Source: Marsupella aquatica (lineage: Eukaryota > Plantae > Marchantiophyta). Taken from it: a stretch of DNA of 64,000 nt. Shown here piece after piece: positions 24,551-36,707 of the stretch. Position 1 is the stretch's first letter; the number at the start of each line of letters is the position of its first letter. A program made the translations under genes and the position numbers. The notes beneath the pieces are model-generated. The model worked only from the letters and a program-made list of their open reading frames with translations. It was not told where the DNA came from and ran no database searches. The stretch is taken from the NCBI GenBank assembly GCA_973895155.1, contig OZ316892.1, positions 13,942,861 to 14,006,860 of the forward strand, read 5' to 3'.

Positions 24551-26567
24551 TTATCTGTAGTTACTATTAAAAGGAGATTTTTCCTCAAATTGTAGAGCAA
24601 ATTGGCATGCTAGAGGAGAACAGTGATTAAAATGTGGAAAAAGGGGGAAGTGATAGGGCAAGTTGTGGTTTAAATGTCTAGTGTCAATCTATATGGGGGA
24701 CCGTTTTGCAGTTGCCTAGGGCTATTGTCAATGCTGGCATATGTAGTTGCTACCTATTCCCATTTGGGTGGTTGGCTTCTATCCATTTGGGGATAGGAGT
24801 GACTATGGAGCTTCATCTGGAAAAACAGCTGCCAAAGGAACAAAGATGGAGACTATGACAGTTTCCAGCCACTGCAAGAGATGCTCTTAACTCCTTATGT
24901 CTTCTCTTAGGTGTTTTCCCCCTTGTGGACCACCCTGTGGTATGCTGTCTGGTTGAATTGATTTCAATCAGGAGGTTCAAGGCAAAAGATGAACACCATA
25001 GCAAGGCTATATATAGGTCTTCTATTACTGCAATTCTTTGTGCAAACTATCAAGTTGGTTCCTTTGGAGCACATAAATGAAACTGGCAGGTGGATTTGCA
25101 AGAACAAGGACCATGTCAGAAAATAGTAATTTTGCATTGGTTTGTAGTGTTCTACGTGACATCTACATGCACTAACATGGATGATGGGAGTGCTATTGCT
25201 TAGTTGTTGCTTTGGTTGGAGCAGCTTGTCTAGTGCGTGACCAGGAAATATCAAATGTCATAATCATCTTGATGTGCATCAATGTTGTTGGGGTCAACAA
25301 CTTTGTAGAAAACTTAAGTTTTGGGAACGACAGCACTATTAGTGAAGCTCCATATTCTAGACAAACAAGGCTCTTGATTGCCACACTGAGGAGATTGTAA
25401 AGTAACTGATATGCCATAATTATACGTTGCTAGAGGATTCAATGATTCTCTACTTCTGAAGATTTCTTGTTGCCTCTTTCTTTTGTAGAGAGGTATTGTA
25501 TGATGTGAGCAAACAAGAATTTTTGATATCAAGGGAATCATTTGTAGCGAGTGACTAGTGGTTCTTAGAGTTTTTTTTATTCTTTTCTACTTTTGTGTTT
25601 CTAGTGCATTTCTAAGACTCAAAAGAGGAGCCCAAGATTGGGTTGGTTCTTAGAGTCTTTTGATTCTTTTTTACTTTTGTATTTCTAGTCCATTTTCAGC
25701 TTTCCCTAGCCAAAAGAGGAGCCCCAAGATTGGGTTTTACTAATCAGGTTTTGGCTAGCTAGAAACTGACTTTGCTAGCAAAGTGGGGTTTCTTTTAATC
25801 TGTTTGCTCGCATGCTACAGTTACCATTTTGTGGAATTGGATATTTTGTCACTTTTTAAGTTTAATTATTTTGCTGCCACCCTTGTCCTAATGTTGATGT
25901 AGCAGAGTAACTCTGGTTAGCTTGGAATGATCCAAATATTAACTTTATGTCAATATTCATCCTAAGGGGATAGTCACCATACTCAAATGAGCCTCAACAC
26001 CGTTTCCCCTACCGTAACTTTATCCAGAAGTCATGGTGTGTATATAAACCCACTGAGGCAGCACTTCCTTTCTTTTTGTGATCGAATCCAATCCGGATCA
26101 TTGATAGATCACAGTTCACTTTACATGAGGGGAGCAGCAATTTGCAAGTTTCATTTTACCAATCCTACTTGGCAGCAGTGGGACCCGTTTTATGCTGATG
26201 TGGAGATAGTTTTTGTCCAAAATTATAGATCACCTCCAGACGCGGTCTTAGGAAGCCTTCATTAAAGCAAGCCTGACTTTTAGGGATACTTTCTCTCATG
26301 GATCTTCTGACATCCCATTCCAAAGAGTCCATCTTTCCGGTGTGGAGGGGGAGCTCTGGGCGCTCCTTTTGCTCAGGTTAAAAAAATAAGCCTCCTGGCA
26401 AAATGTTCTGTCCTGTACCGAAATTGAAAGCACAATTATTGTATCTTAATGATATGATTAAAACTAATTATTCCACAAGGGAACAATAGAGTTTCTTAAA
26501 CAATGTTTTAATAATGTTAAAGCAAGCTCTGTCGATGGAAAATTATTTAGTCTGTGAAAGTGATGAT

Positions 26568-26762
26568 GAATGCAAATAACTGAAGATTATTAAGTGAGTA
26601 CGAGCCCAATGTCTCACCATGTCTCTTCCTGTGCCAAGCATAAGGGAGATGATTATTTTTATCCTTGAAAGTAATAAATAATGCAAATACCTGAAGATTA
26701 TTATGTAAATATGAGTCCAATGCCTGTGCCTGGCATTGTATTGTGAGCCTAAGGGAGATGGC
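26568..26762. repeat. Degenerate ~110-bp direct repeat (2 copies)
   Basis: aatgcaaataNctgaagattatta…gagNccaatg…taagggagatg at ~26568 and ~26680. Confidence 0.7.
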
Positions 26763-28125
26763 CAAGTAGTCAGACACTCCAGGAAATTGGCAAGTCTACT
26801 TGACAGCTGGATTTCAAGGAGGTGCAAGTTATGCGGAGCGTGACGGGTTGGAAGTGGAAAAGGTCAATCTCATGGTTATAAAAAGTTGTCACCATTATTG
26901 AATGACCAAGGAGGCTTCCCTCCAGAAGGACATTTAGTTAACAGACCATGAGAATGAAAGAGCCAAATGTCTTAAGGAAAGGACAAATTTGAGCTCAGAG
27001 CAATTTTTTAGATTTGGGGTTCAATGCCTGTATATGTATCTGGGATTTACTAAACTGTCACTCTTTTTTGGCATAAAATATACCTTGCTACTAATTTTTT
27101 TCTATTTATCATAATGCCACGTTTCCATTTGTGGGTAATAAAATTAACCTGGGTTAGCTCCCTCCCTTCCAATGGCTCTCGTCACACCTAGTCTGTGATC
27201 GGTGGCTCGGGTCTCCCTCAAGGAAACTATGACCAACCACAGCAGGACAGAGACAAGTTGTGCGCAGGGCAGGCTGGCATGGAATAGAGGATGGGAGTAG
27301 GATGAGAGGACTGGACCACCCAATCCACCCCTTGGTCAAGTGACCCAAGGGTGGTCAAATGAGACTTTATTCTATTTCTCTTAACATATTATTTCTATAC
27401 TTAATAAATTAAGGGAGCTCCTCCATGCTAGGAAAGCCGCTCTCCCCTCCACTGGGCATTTGGAATCCTGTCAATTCATGGACTTTATACCTCCATTGCT
27501 TAAATGGTTTTCAATGAGTATGGGTTTTAAATGAATAAGTGTCACCTAAACAGAGAGCCTGTCGTGATATAGCAAAACATTAAGATGGCACACTCAAGAT
27601 TAGAATGTACATTCTCAGCCAGAAAGTACTGTACCTATAGGTGTTATCTTACCTCTCTTTCCCTTTTAAGGGACATCACTTTCTTCTTTACTTTTAAAAA
27701 CTCACTGTTTCAATACTTTTGTATAGGATAAGATAGCTTCTGTTTCATGAATTAGTTAAATAGTGAATAGCCTTTATAGGTGAATAAGTTAAAATAGTTA
27801 TGTTTCAGATGGGGCCCTGCTACATAAGAGAATGGCATCCCAAGAAAGTAACAAGAAGGAAACTCACTCAAAGTCTATGCTTTAGATCCAACTCCCACGA
27901 ACAACATGACATAGATGCACAGACAAACAATGTCAATCAGGAGGTGTTCTTCAATGGCTTTGACTACTTCCAACCTTCTCTTTTGCACTCCATGCCATAT
28001 AGGAAGTAACCTGTCCCTCACTCCAAGTTGCACTCCAGGCTTGGATGAACTCCATCGCATAATTCTCATTAATCCCTCTAAAACTAGTGTGGACATTCTC
28101 AATAGATTGCGCAAGACAGGCTTAG

Positions 28126-28372
28126 TAGGGGGTCTCAAACCTCAAAATTTGATGGACCTGAACTAAGTAGTTAAGGTTGCAAACAGAAAAAGTTATGCAC
28201 TACCAGATTTGTCCATAACTTTTTGCCATAAAGATTGGTCTAATGCCATGACCATAAGTTACTCTAGAGGCCTGTGAAAAGAAACCTTTTACATAACCCT
28301 GTGAAAAGGCTATGGTTACTTGTTTATCGCCAAAAGCCATCATCCGCAACTTTGAAGCTTTGAGACGCCCTA
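28126..28372. mobile_element. MITE, ~247 bp, GGG(G/C)GTCTCAA TIR family
   Basis: tagggggtctcaaacctcaaa at 28126 and tttgaagctttgagacgcccta ending at 28372 form a ~21-bp imperfect TIR. The interior is homologous to 15390-15918. Confidence 0.75.
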
Positions 28373-28809
28373 ATATGTCATTCCACTCCAAATCACAATC
28401 CAGACTAGACTAACCATATACATAACTGTTGCTATACTGGAGTCTCTGGTGATGTAGAATCATTCAACCAAACGAGCATGAGAAGCCCAATTGATCCTCT
28501 TCAAAGACTATTCTTGACTTACTTGCCTGAAGACAAAGGAGACACATTTTTTTAAGGGCATGTGTTGAGTTATAATGGTCCTTGCCCATTGCTTCCTCTC
28601 CACATGTAACTTTTAATGTTTCATTAAAGCTCTAGTGTCTCTGTGCAAAGTTGAGCATCAGAGAAAGTAACACCATCAATGTGAGCTAATCATAACTAAA
28701 CACAGAACCTGAAAGTACAATCAAGTGTGCACAATTTTCTTTACTAATATATAGTCTCCTATATTTCTCCCCGCATACACGGGTTCACATACTTTTGCTC
28801 CATAACTTA

Positions 28810-29886
28810 TAAAGGAGATCAATTAGGTGGAACTGCCCTAACAAGGCGTGGGTGAAGCAGCTGTCGGCTACTACTTGTGACCATATGCAGTTGAATCGCA
28901 GATGGGGATTGATTGGAGCTCCCCAACTGTGCAATTGTGGAGGAAACCCTGGGGAGGATGGACTCTCCCCAAGGTCCGCCTCTTTGTGTGGAGGCTGGTG
29001 CAACACGGCTTCTTCACTAATCAGAGGGGGAACAGGTGGGGGTCTGTGATGGCATGTGCCCATGGTGCAAGGAACAAACTGAGAACACGGATCACTTGTT
29101 CTATAGTTGCAAACATGTCAGCTATAGATGGCAATTGTTGAGACAACTGACCAACTCCAATGCCCGAATTGCTCTGGATCGGGGAGGGCTGACGGAAATG
29201 ATCTCGCAGGCTACTAGGAGACAGAAAACAACCCTGGACCCCTGATTCTGATCCAGGAAATGTGCGCTGGCTTCTGGAATGAGCGGAATGCAGTGGCCTT
29301 CAACCATATCATGGGGAAGATCCCGGTCTGGGTGACACTTCAAAACACTGCACACCATCTCAAAATCATGATGAGCAACAACAACACTAGTAAGAAGAGC
29401 AATCAACTTCAGAAGACTTTTCAAGCGCTGCAAGACATTCTTCAGCAAGGAAACTGGGGGGGACTGACTTAGGTCAACTCTAATGAATATATTGATAACT
29501 GAGAACATTTGTCCCTTGCCCCCGGCTCTTTGTGATCTCGATGGGTTGGAGCTGTAGTGGGACGGACTTAGCTACTTCACCGAGCCTGTTCATGTTAGTG
29601 ACCTGTTTGATAGGGACATTATTGTTAACCACGGGCAGAATAGTATCATGAATGTGGTGTACATGGGTTGTGTTTTCTACTCGGTTAGTCTGGTTGATTG
29701 CCTGTTCATCAGATTGAAGGGTCAGTTTGACTCTGATGGTTTTGGGTGTCTGCTGTTCAGGTTGTAGGGGGGAGGGCCTATGGGCACCCTCCCCTCCCTG
29801 ATTTTGTGCTCTCTCAATTTGACTAGGTGGTTTTTTCCCCACTTTTAATTGATAGGGCCTGCCCCTCCATTACTTGAAAAAAAAAT
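28810..29886 (+). mobile_element. 5'-truncated LINE (L1/Tx1-like): zf-RVT end of ORF2, 3' UTR and A tail
   Basis: LWRKPWGGWTLPKVRLFVWRLVQHGFFTN…(frameshift) CPWCKEQTENTDHLFYSC…WNERNAVAF, then a 3' UTR ending in an A-run at ~29877-29885. Confidence 0.85.
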
Positions 29887-30030
29887 ATAAAATACAAGAG
29901 TCACAAAACCATACACAATTGATGAGCAAATTTATCTTGTAAGTTACAGATAGTGTGCAATCCCACTCTTTCTTTCATGTGTTGAGTAAAACATCAATAC
30001 TCATAAGAAGACATAACCATTTTTTACTAA

Positions 30031-30354
30031 CCTGTCCCCCACAATGGCCGAAATTGCCAACTGCTCCCCCATTCTATTTTAATTACTTCCTGCCCCCCTT
30101 TTTGTATGTTGGGTTTACTTAACCAAGGAGCTAACCCAACATTGGCCCTCATTGGTTGGCTGCCACATGGCAAGGTGCGATTGGTTGCGCTTCACCCGGT
30201 CCTCCCAGGCTCAACGACAATGACCCTGCCTGGGCTGGGCTCCCTCTCTCGCAACTACCCCCTGCCATTGCCTTCCCCTCTCGCAACTACCCCCTTGCCC
30301 AGCCAGGGTCGTTGTCGTCGACGGTTAGCAATTTCAGCCATTGTGGGGGACAGG
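30031..30354. mobile_element. Tourist-like (PIF/Harbinger) MITE, 324 bp
   Basis: 31-bp TIR cctgtcccccacaatggYYgaaattgcYaac with 2 mismatches, flanked by TAA on both sides (30028-30030 and 30355-30357). Confidence 0.85.
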
Positions 30355-30359
30355 TAAGA

Positions 30360-30592
30360 CATAATGCACATGTGTAACATCCAAAAATCACACATTTCAA
30401 TAACTCAACATGTAGTCAACACAGAAGATACATACTTATTTTCACGAGAAGCTACGTCCACAAGAACACACAAGAGAATTTCACCAAATTAGAATCCTGT
30501 TGGCCATACCAAGTCTCCACGGACTAAGCTCTCCCTATTTCTCAACTGGCTCCGTAATAATGAGTCTAAGTTCCACTCACTACTATGGTCCT
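30360..30592 (-). mobile_element. Older, diverged Copia LTR in antisense orientation (3' half; probable 5' half at ~35789-35891)
   Basis: The reverse complement of 30440-30580 aligns to the young LTR (gtggaacttagRctcattRttacggagcYagttgagaRatag…cttggtatggcc…ctcttgtgtgttcYYgtggacgtagc). Confidence 0.75.
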
Positions 30593-30597
30593 ACTTA

Positions 30598-30941
30598 TGT
30601 TAGATATTGCTCTAGTCTTGTGACTCATGAGCTAACTACAATTAGGCTAACTTGGGTTAGGACTTAGCTAATGTTAGCGGTAGTGCTATTGTGTATATAG
30701 CCAGGGCTGATGCCAGACCCTGGTGGAACTTAGGCTCATTGTTACGGAGCTAGTTGAGAGATAGAGAGAGCTTGTGCTGTGGATGCTTGGTATGGCCTAT
30801 CGGCCTAGAGTGCAGTAAAGCTCTTGTGTGTTCCCGTGGACGTAGCCTCATGTGGAGTTGAACCACATATCTCTTTGTGTCGACTATTGTGCGTTGGATG
30901 GTTCATGGGCTTGCCGTTACGAATGTCGTCTATGCTCAACA
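30598..30941 (+). repeat. 5' LTR
   Basis: tgttagatattgc…tatgctcaaca; direct repeat of 35440-35783. Confidence 0.95.
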
Positions 30942-32529
30942 ACTACCCTACCACTTAGCTTTGGTGTCACTGACTTTGACATCGAGCTCCTCGCGATCTA
31001 ATGTTGTTACGAATGTCGTCTATGCTCAACAAGTGGTATCAGAGCATGCCTGGGAGGTGACGAGGTTTTTTTCGTGAAAGGTTTTTCCAGCGTTCATTGT
31101 CAATGGTACATTTGGAGTTTCATCGCATGAAACTCAAATGTGCATGGTTGTGCGGATAGGTTAGTGAGAGGGCTTTCTAACGGTGGTTAGAACTCGCTGA
31201 TTGGTATCCGTGGTGCGGAGGAATCAAAGTTTGCGTCATTTAGGTTTTATTCGTGTTCGACGGTTTTTTGGGGGAGAGACCAGAGTTTATGTTTTCAACG
31301 GTGTAAGCTGTGCAGTGCGGGAGGCGTCGCACATTATAGCTCAAGTTGAAGGTTGAAGCGAGCTGGTCATTTTGGTAGCTGGATAGTTGCCGAGTTGTTA
31401 CCGAGTGAGACGTGACGAGTGACGGAGGCGTTTAGGTTTTTTCACAAGCTATGGAGCTTGTTCACATCTGAACCGGGTTTCTCTTCGTGACGTCCGACTC
31501 GGTGGAAGAGATGCGAAGTGCTTTGGCTCAACGGTTTGATCGCGGTGAGGCGGTCGTTTTGAGCCCAGGATTGGCACTTGACGCAGAGTGAAGGCGACGC
31601 GGCGGAAATTTTCTACAACGGCTTGTCAAGGTGAGTTAAACTTTCAATTTTACCCGGGGAAGCTTTTTGCTTTTTTGGGGGGGTTTAAGGTCATTTTTTA
31701 ACGTGTGTATACACACGAGGTGTATACACACCTCGTATCGGCCGGCCCATCCTTTTTGGTATCCTTTTCTCACCCTGACCTCCCGAATTCAGAACCCGCG
31801 GTGGGGTCCACAGCACCGGCCGGCACTATACCCGCCGCTTCCTCCCCCTTTATCCCCTGACCCTGCCTGTCGGCAGCCCTGCTACGTCCCACCGCTCCCC
31901 GACATGCCTTAACCTAAGCCGGGGCTCGCAGCCTTGCCCGCCGCACCCCCGCGCCCCCGTTCGCACCCTGCCAGGCCGGGGCTTGCTGCCCCATCCTGCG
32001 CCCCCATCGGTCCCTTAGGGTTAACACGCGACCTGTCGGCCGCATTTAAGCCATGCCCGGCCCTGCCTTCGCCCTGCCCCTTCGCAAACCCCGTGGCTCA
32101 CCCTCGCTCCGGCTGCCTGCCTAGCGAGTTGGGGCCACGCCTCGACTTCCACCCAGGGTCCAATTTTTGGTTATACGCGGCTACATACACAGCCGCTCGT
32201 ATCCCCTGTGTGTATTCCTGCCTGGCCTGCCTCGCATCGCCTAAACGCGGATGCGCCTTTTTTATACAAGTATTTTTGATTTAAAGGGCTTTGCACCCCC
32301 TTTGGGGCGCTTTTTATTGCACTTTTTCCTCCCCTTTGTTTCCTCTTGCGTTGGGACCTACCGCCCTCCATTTTAATCGCTCTGACAGGGGGAATGGCCC
32401 CCTGTGAGACCTGTCGCGCTGTGAAAGAATATTCCCCAAAAAAACAGAGAACTGTTTTTTGGCCGTCCGACAAAGATTCTGTCCGTCGAACGGTAACTTT
32501 TTTGGTTCTATTTTGGCAATCTATACGTT

Positions 32530-35251
32530 TTGGAGGGCAGTGTAGTCTGTGATGAAGCCAATGTAACCTTATCTCATGAGGCGACGGCCCGGCTGTGGCA
32601 CTTCCGTTTGGGCCACATGAGTGAAAAAAGTTTGGTTATTCTTCAGAGGAAAGGATTACTTTCTAATTTGCAATCTTGTAAGTTGAAATTTTGTGAGCAC
32701 TGTGTGCTAGGGAAGCAGCACAGGAAACCCTTCAGAGTTGGAACTCACACCAGCAAGAAGGTACTTGAGTATGGACATAGTGATGTGTGGGGTCCAGCCC
32801 CTACTCCCTCACATTCTGGACGGTTATACTATGTCACGTTCATTGACGATTACTCAAGGTATGTGTGGATATACTTTCTACACAATAAGTCTGATATTTT
32901 TGCCACTTTTAAGGAGTGGAAAGCCCAAGTAGAGAATTAGACTGGTAATATGGTGAGATATCTTCGATCGGATAACGGCGATGAATACAGTTCTATGGAA
33001 TTTGTAATGTATTGTAAAGAGCAGGGGATTACCCGCCATCTCATAACAAGTTATACTCCTCAGCAGAATGGTGTTTCTGAGAGACTCAACCGAACACTAT
33101 TGGATCACTCGAGGAGTATGTTGAGTCAATCATGCTTACCACATGAGTTTTGGGCTGAAGCTATCAACACTGCAGCTTATTTGGTAAAGTTTTCTCCATC
33201 CAGTTCTATTGGATTCAAGATGCCATTTGAAATGAGGTACGAGTATCCAGCAGATTACTCACATCTGAGGATTTTTGGATGTGATGCTTATGTGCTTACA
33301 CCTTCCCAGCTTCGATCCCAGCTTCGATCCAAGCTATTAGAAAGGTGTGAAGGGTTATAGGTTATGGGATCCAGTAACCTATAAACTAATTGTCAGTAGA
33401 GATGTGTCCTTTAATGAATCCAGATCATCAATGGAGGGGGAGAGTTCTCAGGACTCCCATATTGACAAGAGGGAATCTCCCATCCCGGACCGGGTTGAGG
33501 GGGAGATTAGTCATGATGTTGTTCATGACAGGAGAGATGGAGAAGCTCCAGGCTTGGAGTTGGTTCCTGTGATGGAACAAGAGGAGCAGATTGTTGCTGG
33601 GGTACCTCAAATTGAGCCAGCAGCAGCAGATCAGCCTGAGTCATCTACTAGAAGAACTTCCAGTCATTCTACTAGAGCTCCTACCAGGTATGGTTAATGG
33701 GCAGACTCATCTAAGCTAGATGATATTCACATTGCACCTGATGATGATGACATGGCTTTGATCTTGGAAGAAGGAGAGCCTTCTTCGTACAGTGAGGCTT
33801 GTGCTTCCGGTGTGCTTCAGAACGGAAGCATGAGTGGAATGCAGCAATGCAGAGGGAGTTGCAATCTTTGAGTGACAACAAGACATGGGAGCTGGTGGAG
33901 CTTCCAAGAGGTCAGCAAGTGGTGGACAGCAAGTGAATTTACAAGTTGAAAGACAGTCCTTCAGAGGGTGGAGATAAGATCTACAAGGCAAGGCTTGTTG
34001 CCAAGGGGTTCACTCAAGAGAAAGGAGTGGACTACAATGAGGTCTTTTCACCGGTGGCTAAGTATTCCACAATTCGGATCTTGTGTCAGCTTGTTGTATT
34101 TTTTGGTATGGTGATGGATCAGATGGATGTTGGCCAAGAAAACTTAGTTTGCAGATTGCTCAAGTCCTTGTATGGATTGAAGCAGTCTCCCAGACAGTGA
34201 AACAAGCGGTTTGATGATTTCAAGATTTTACAAGGATGGTGTATGATCCTTGTGTGTATACAAAATTAGTCAAGAATAATGTATTTGGTTTCATCATTCT
34301 GGTGATCTATGTGGATGACATGCTAATTGTGGCTAAAGATCAATCTGAGGTTGACAGTCTCAAAGCGAAATTGAGTGCTGAATTCAGGATGAAGGATCTT
34401 GGTAAGGCCAAGAGGATCTTAGGGATGGAGATTTTTAGGAACTCTAAAACTGGACAGTTGTGCTTGAGTCAAGGCCAGTATGCAAGGAAAGTACTTGCAC
34501 AATTCAACATGGAAAACTGTAAGCCAGTGAGTATTCCTTTAGCTTCACATTTCAAGTTATCATCGGCTTTCTCTCTTACGGATGCTGTGGAGAAAGGTCT
34601 GATGGCTAAGATTCCTTATGAGAAGGCAGTAGGCAATCTGATATATTTGATGACTTGTACTAGGCCTGACTAGGGATGGGCAAGGTTAGCAAATTCATGT
34701 CAAATCCAGGGAAGTACACTGGGAAGTTGTGAAATGGATTACTATTTGATAATAGATCAGATAGAACGTTAGTTGACTATGTAGATTCTGACTATGGAGG
34801 CTGTCTGAATACAAGGAGGTCTACAACTGGGTTTGTATACACTCTTGGAGGAGGATGTATCAGTTGGAAATCTACCTTGCAGAAGTGCATTTCTCAGTCT
34901 ACTACAGAAGCAGAGTATGTTGCAGCAGTAGAAGCAGCAAATGAAGCAATTTGGTTGGATAAGTTGATCGCGGAGATGGGTTTAGAGCATGGAAAAAGGA
35001 CTCTAAACTGTGATAGTCAGAGTGCTCTTCACTTGGCTGCTAACCAGGTGATGGATAGCAGGGTGAAGCACATTGATATCAGGTACCATTTTATCAGGCA
35101 AGTAGTGTCTGATAAAACTTTTGAGCTAGTCAAGATTGATGGAAAGCTCAATCCCGCTGATGCCTTTACCAAAGTGATTCCTTTGGAGAGCTTCTCAAGA
35201 CACCGTGCTACTTTGCAGGTTTTGCATTGTAGTGCAAGTAGAGTTGTTTAG
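32530..35251 (+). pseudogene. Disrupted Copia pol (GAG-pre-integrase, integrase, RT, RNase H)
   Basis: Split across ORFs 32530-32940, 32950-33360, 33347-33697, 33946-34200, 34236-34673 and 34877-35251 by stops and frameshifts. The RT lacks the usual TAFLHG…EEIYMxQPEGF stretch between QMDV and GQENLVC. Confidence 0.92.
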
Positions 35252-35439
35252 CAATGTGTGACTATTTGTATATGGATTACTTATACTTGTTTGGCTACGG
35301 CTTAGTTCTAGTTAACCCTTAGTTAACCCTTGTGGTTTTTAGGGGGAGACCTGGTTTGGTGATTGTCTAGGACTTCCCGTTGAGGATTCCATATGGTAGC
35401 ATTTAGTCCAGTCCCCAAGACAAGAGTCAAGGGGGAGTT

Positions 35440-35783
35440 TGTTAGATATTGCTCTAGTCTTGTGACTCATGAGCTAACTACAGTTAGGCTAACTTGGGTT
35501 AGGACTTAGCTAATGTTAGCGGTAGTGCTATTGTGTATATAGCCAGGGCTGATGCCAGACCATGGTGGAACTTAGGCTCATTGTTACGGAGCTAGTTGAG
35601 AGATAGAAAGAGCTTGTGCTGTGGATGCTTGGTATGGCCGGTCGGCCTAGAGTGCAATAAAGCTCTTGTGTGTTCCCGTGGACGTAGCCTCATGTGGAGG
35701 TGAGCCACGTATCTCTCTGTGTCGACTATTGTGCGTTGGATGGTTCATGGGCTTGCCGTTACGAATGTGGTCTATGCTCAACA
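35440..35783 (+). repeat. 3' LTR
   Basis: Follows the PPT and is followed by the TSD ACTTA. Confidence 0.95.
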
Positions 35784-36707
35784 ACTTAAGGTTAGTTATA
35801 ACACATCTAACCTTAACCAAGCATCTGATTACAAAAAGACTAACTATGGTTACATGGTAAGTCTAGACCTAAGAGTAAATGCCTAGCATCAAGACTATTT
35901 ACAAAAAAGTAATTTAGGTGAGAAGCCTCCCTTATGATTTGATTATGGTGACAGCTCTTCCTAACCACGAGCTAGGCTTAAGGGTGCCATATATTGTTTA
36001 AAATTTCTCCTCATGATCATTCGCTCTCCCTATAGCTTGCACACTCCTTGAAATCCAGCCTATCCATCCTAAACCCTAAACCCTAATCCAGCAACCAGGC
36101 CGACTAGCCAACTCCCAATAATATTTGACTGTCTTGCCATCTCACTTATGCCCGACAACACTTTTGCTCATCATCTCTTATATACTATTGACAAAACTGT
36201 GCACTGACAGGCATTGGACTAGTTTCATTATGAAGAGAGAAATGCAAACAAAAAAATTCAAACATATGACCAAGTTGCATCAAGACAAAAGCCAGGCCAT
36301 TCATAACCTCAACAAGAATCACTTGGCCTATCTTTCAAGCTCATACTAGCTATATGACTTTTGCAATTTTCTGGAATTCTTCCTGGACTAAAAGGTTGGT
36401 CAGGGTATATAACATTGTCATATTTCATAAGTATTGAAGCATCTAGTGTTTGGAATTCTTAGAAACAGTTTTGAAAGATATTCCCAACGAGCCACAATGT
36501 CAAATATCACAAAGTATTACGGACCTGATGGATTTGTGAATTGCTATGCTCTGACTTGTTAGTCTAGCTATGTTCTCAGCAAAAAACATATTTCAAATAT
36601 TTCACTCATCTCTCAATATAGAGAAAAATTCTAGAATAGCCGTCCAACAAGTCTAATATTGACAAATTTAGTAAAGTGCTAAAAAGATCATAGATTTTGA
36701 ATATCTA

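Larger units (their letters stand above)
30598..35783 (+). mobile_element. Ty1/Copia LTR retrotransposon (Tork/Tnt1-like), non-autonomous
   Basis: 344-bp LTRs TG…CA at 30598-30941 and 35440-35783 (11 differences counted by eye). 5-bp TSD ACTTA. PBS TGGTATCAGAGC (tRNA-iMet) at 31034-31045. PPT AAGGGGGAG at ~35429. Fragmented pol in Copia order: RLWHFRLGHMSEK, integrase (HSDVWGP, LRSDNG, PQQNGVSER), RT (YKARLVAKG, SLYGLKQSPR, YVDDML), RNase H (STTEAEY, KHIDIRYHF, NPADAFTK). Confidence 0.97.

Noticed and set aside
27405-27425. aagggagctcc resembling the 3' half of miR319
   Set aside because: The 5' half does not match and no complementary star arm was found.
36068-36086. cctaaaccctaaaccctaa telomere-like repeat
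   Set aside because: Only about 2.5 units; too short to call interstitial telomere, and not near a gene start as a telo-box.
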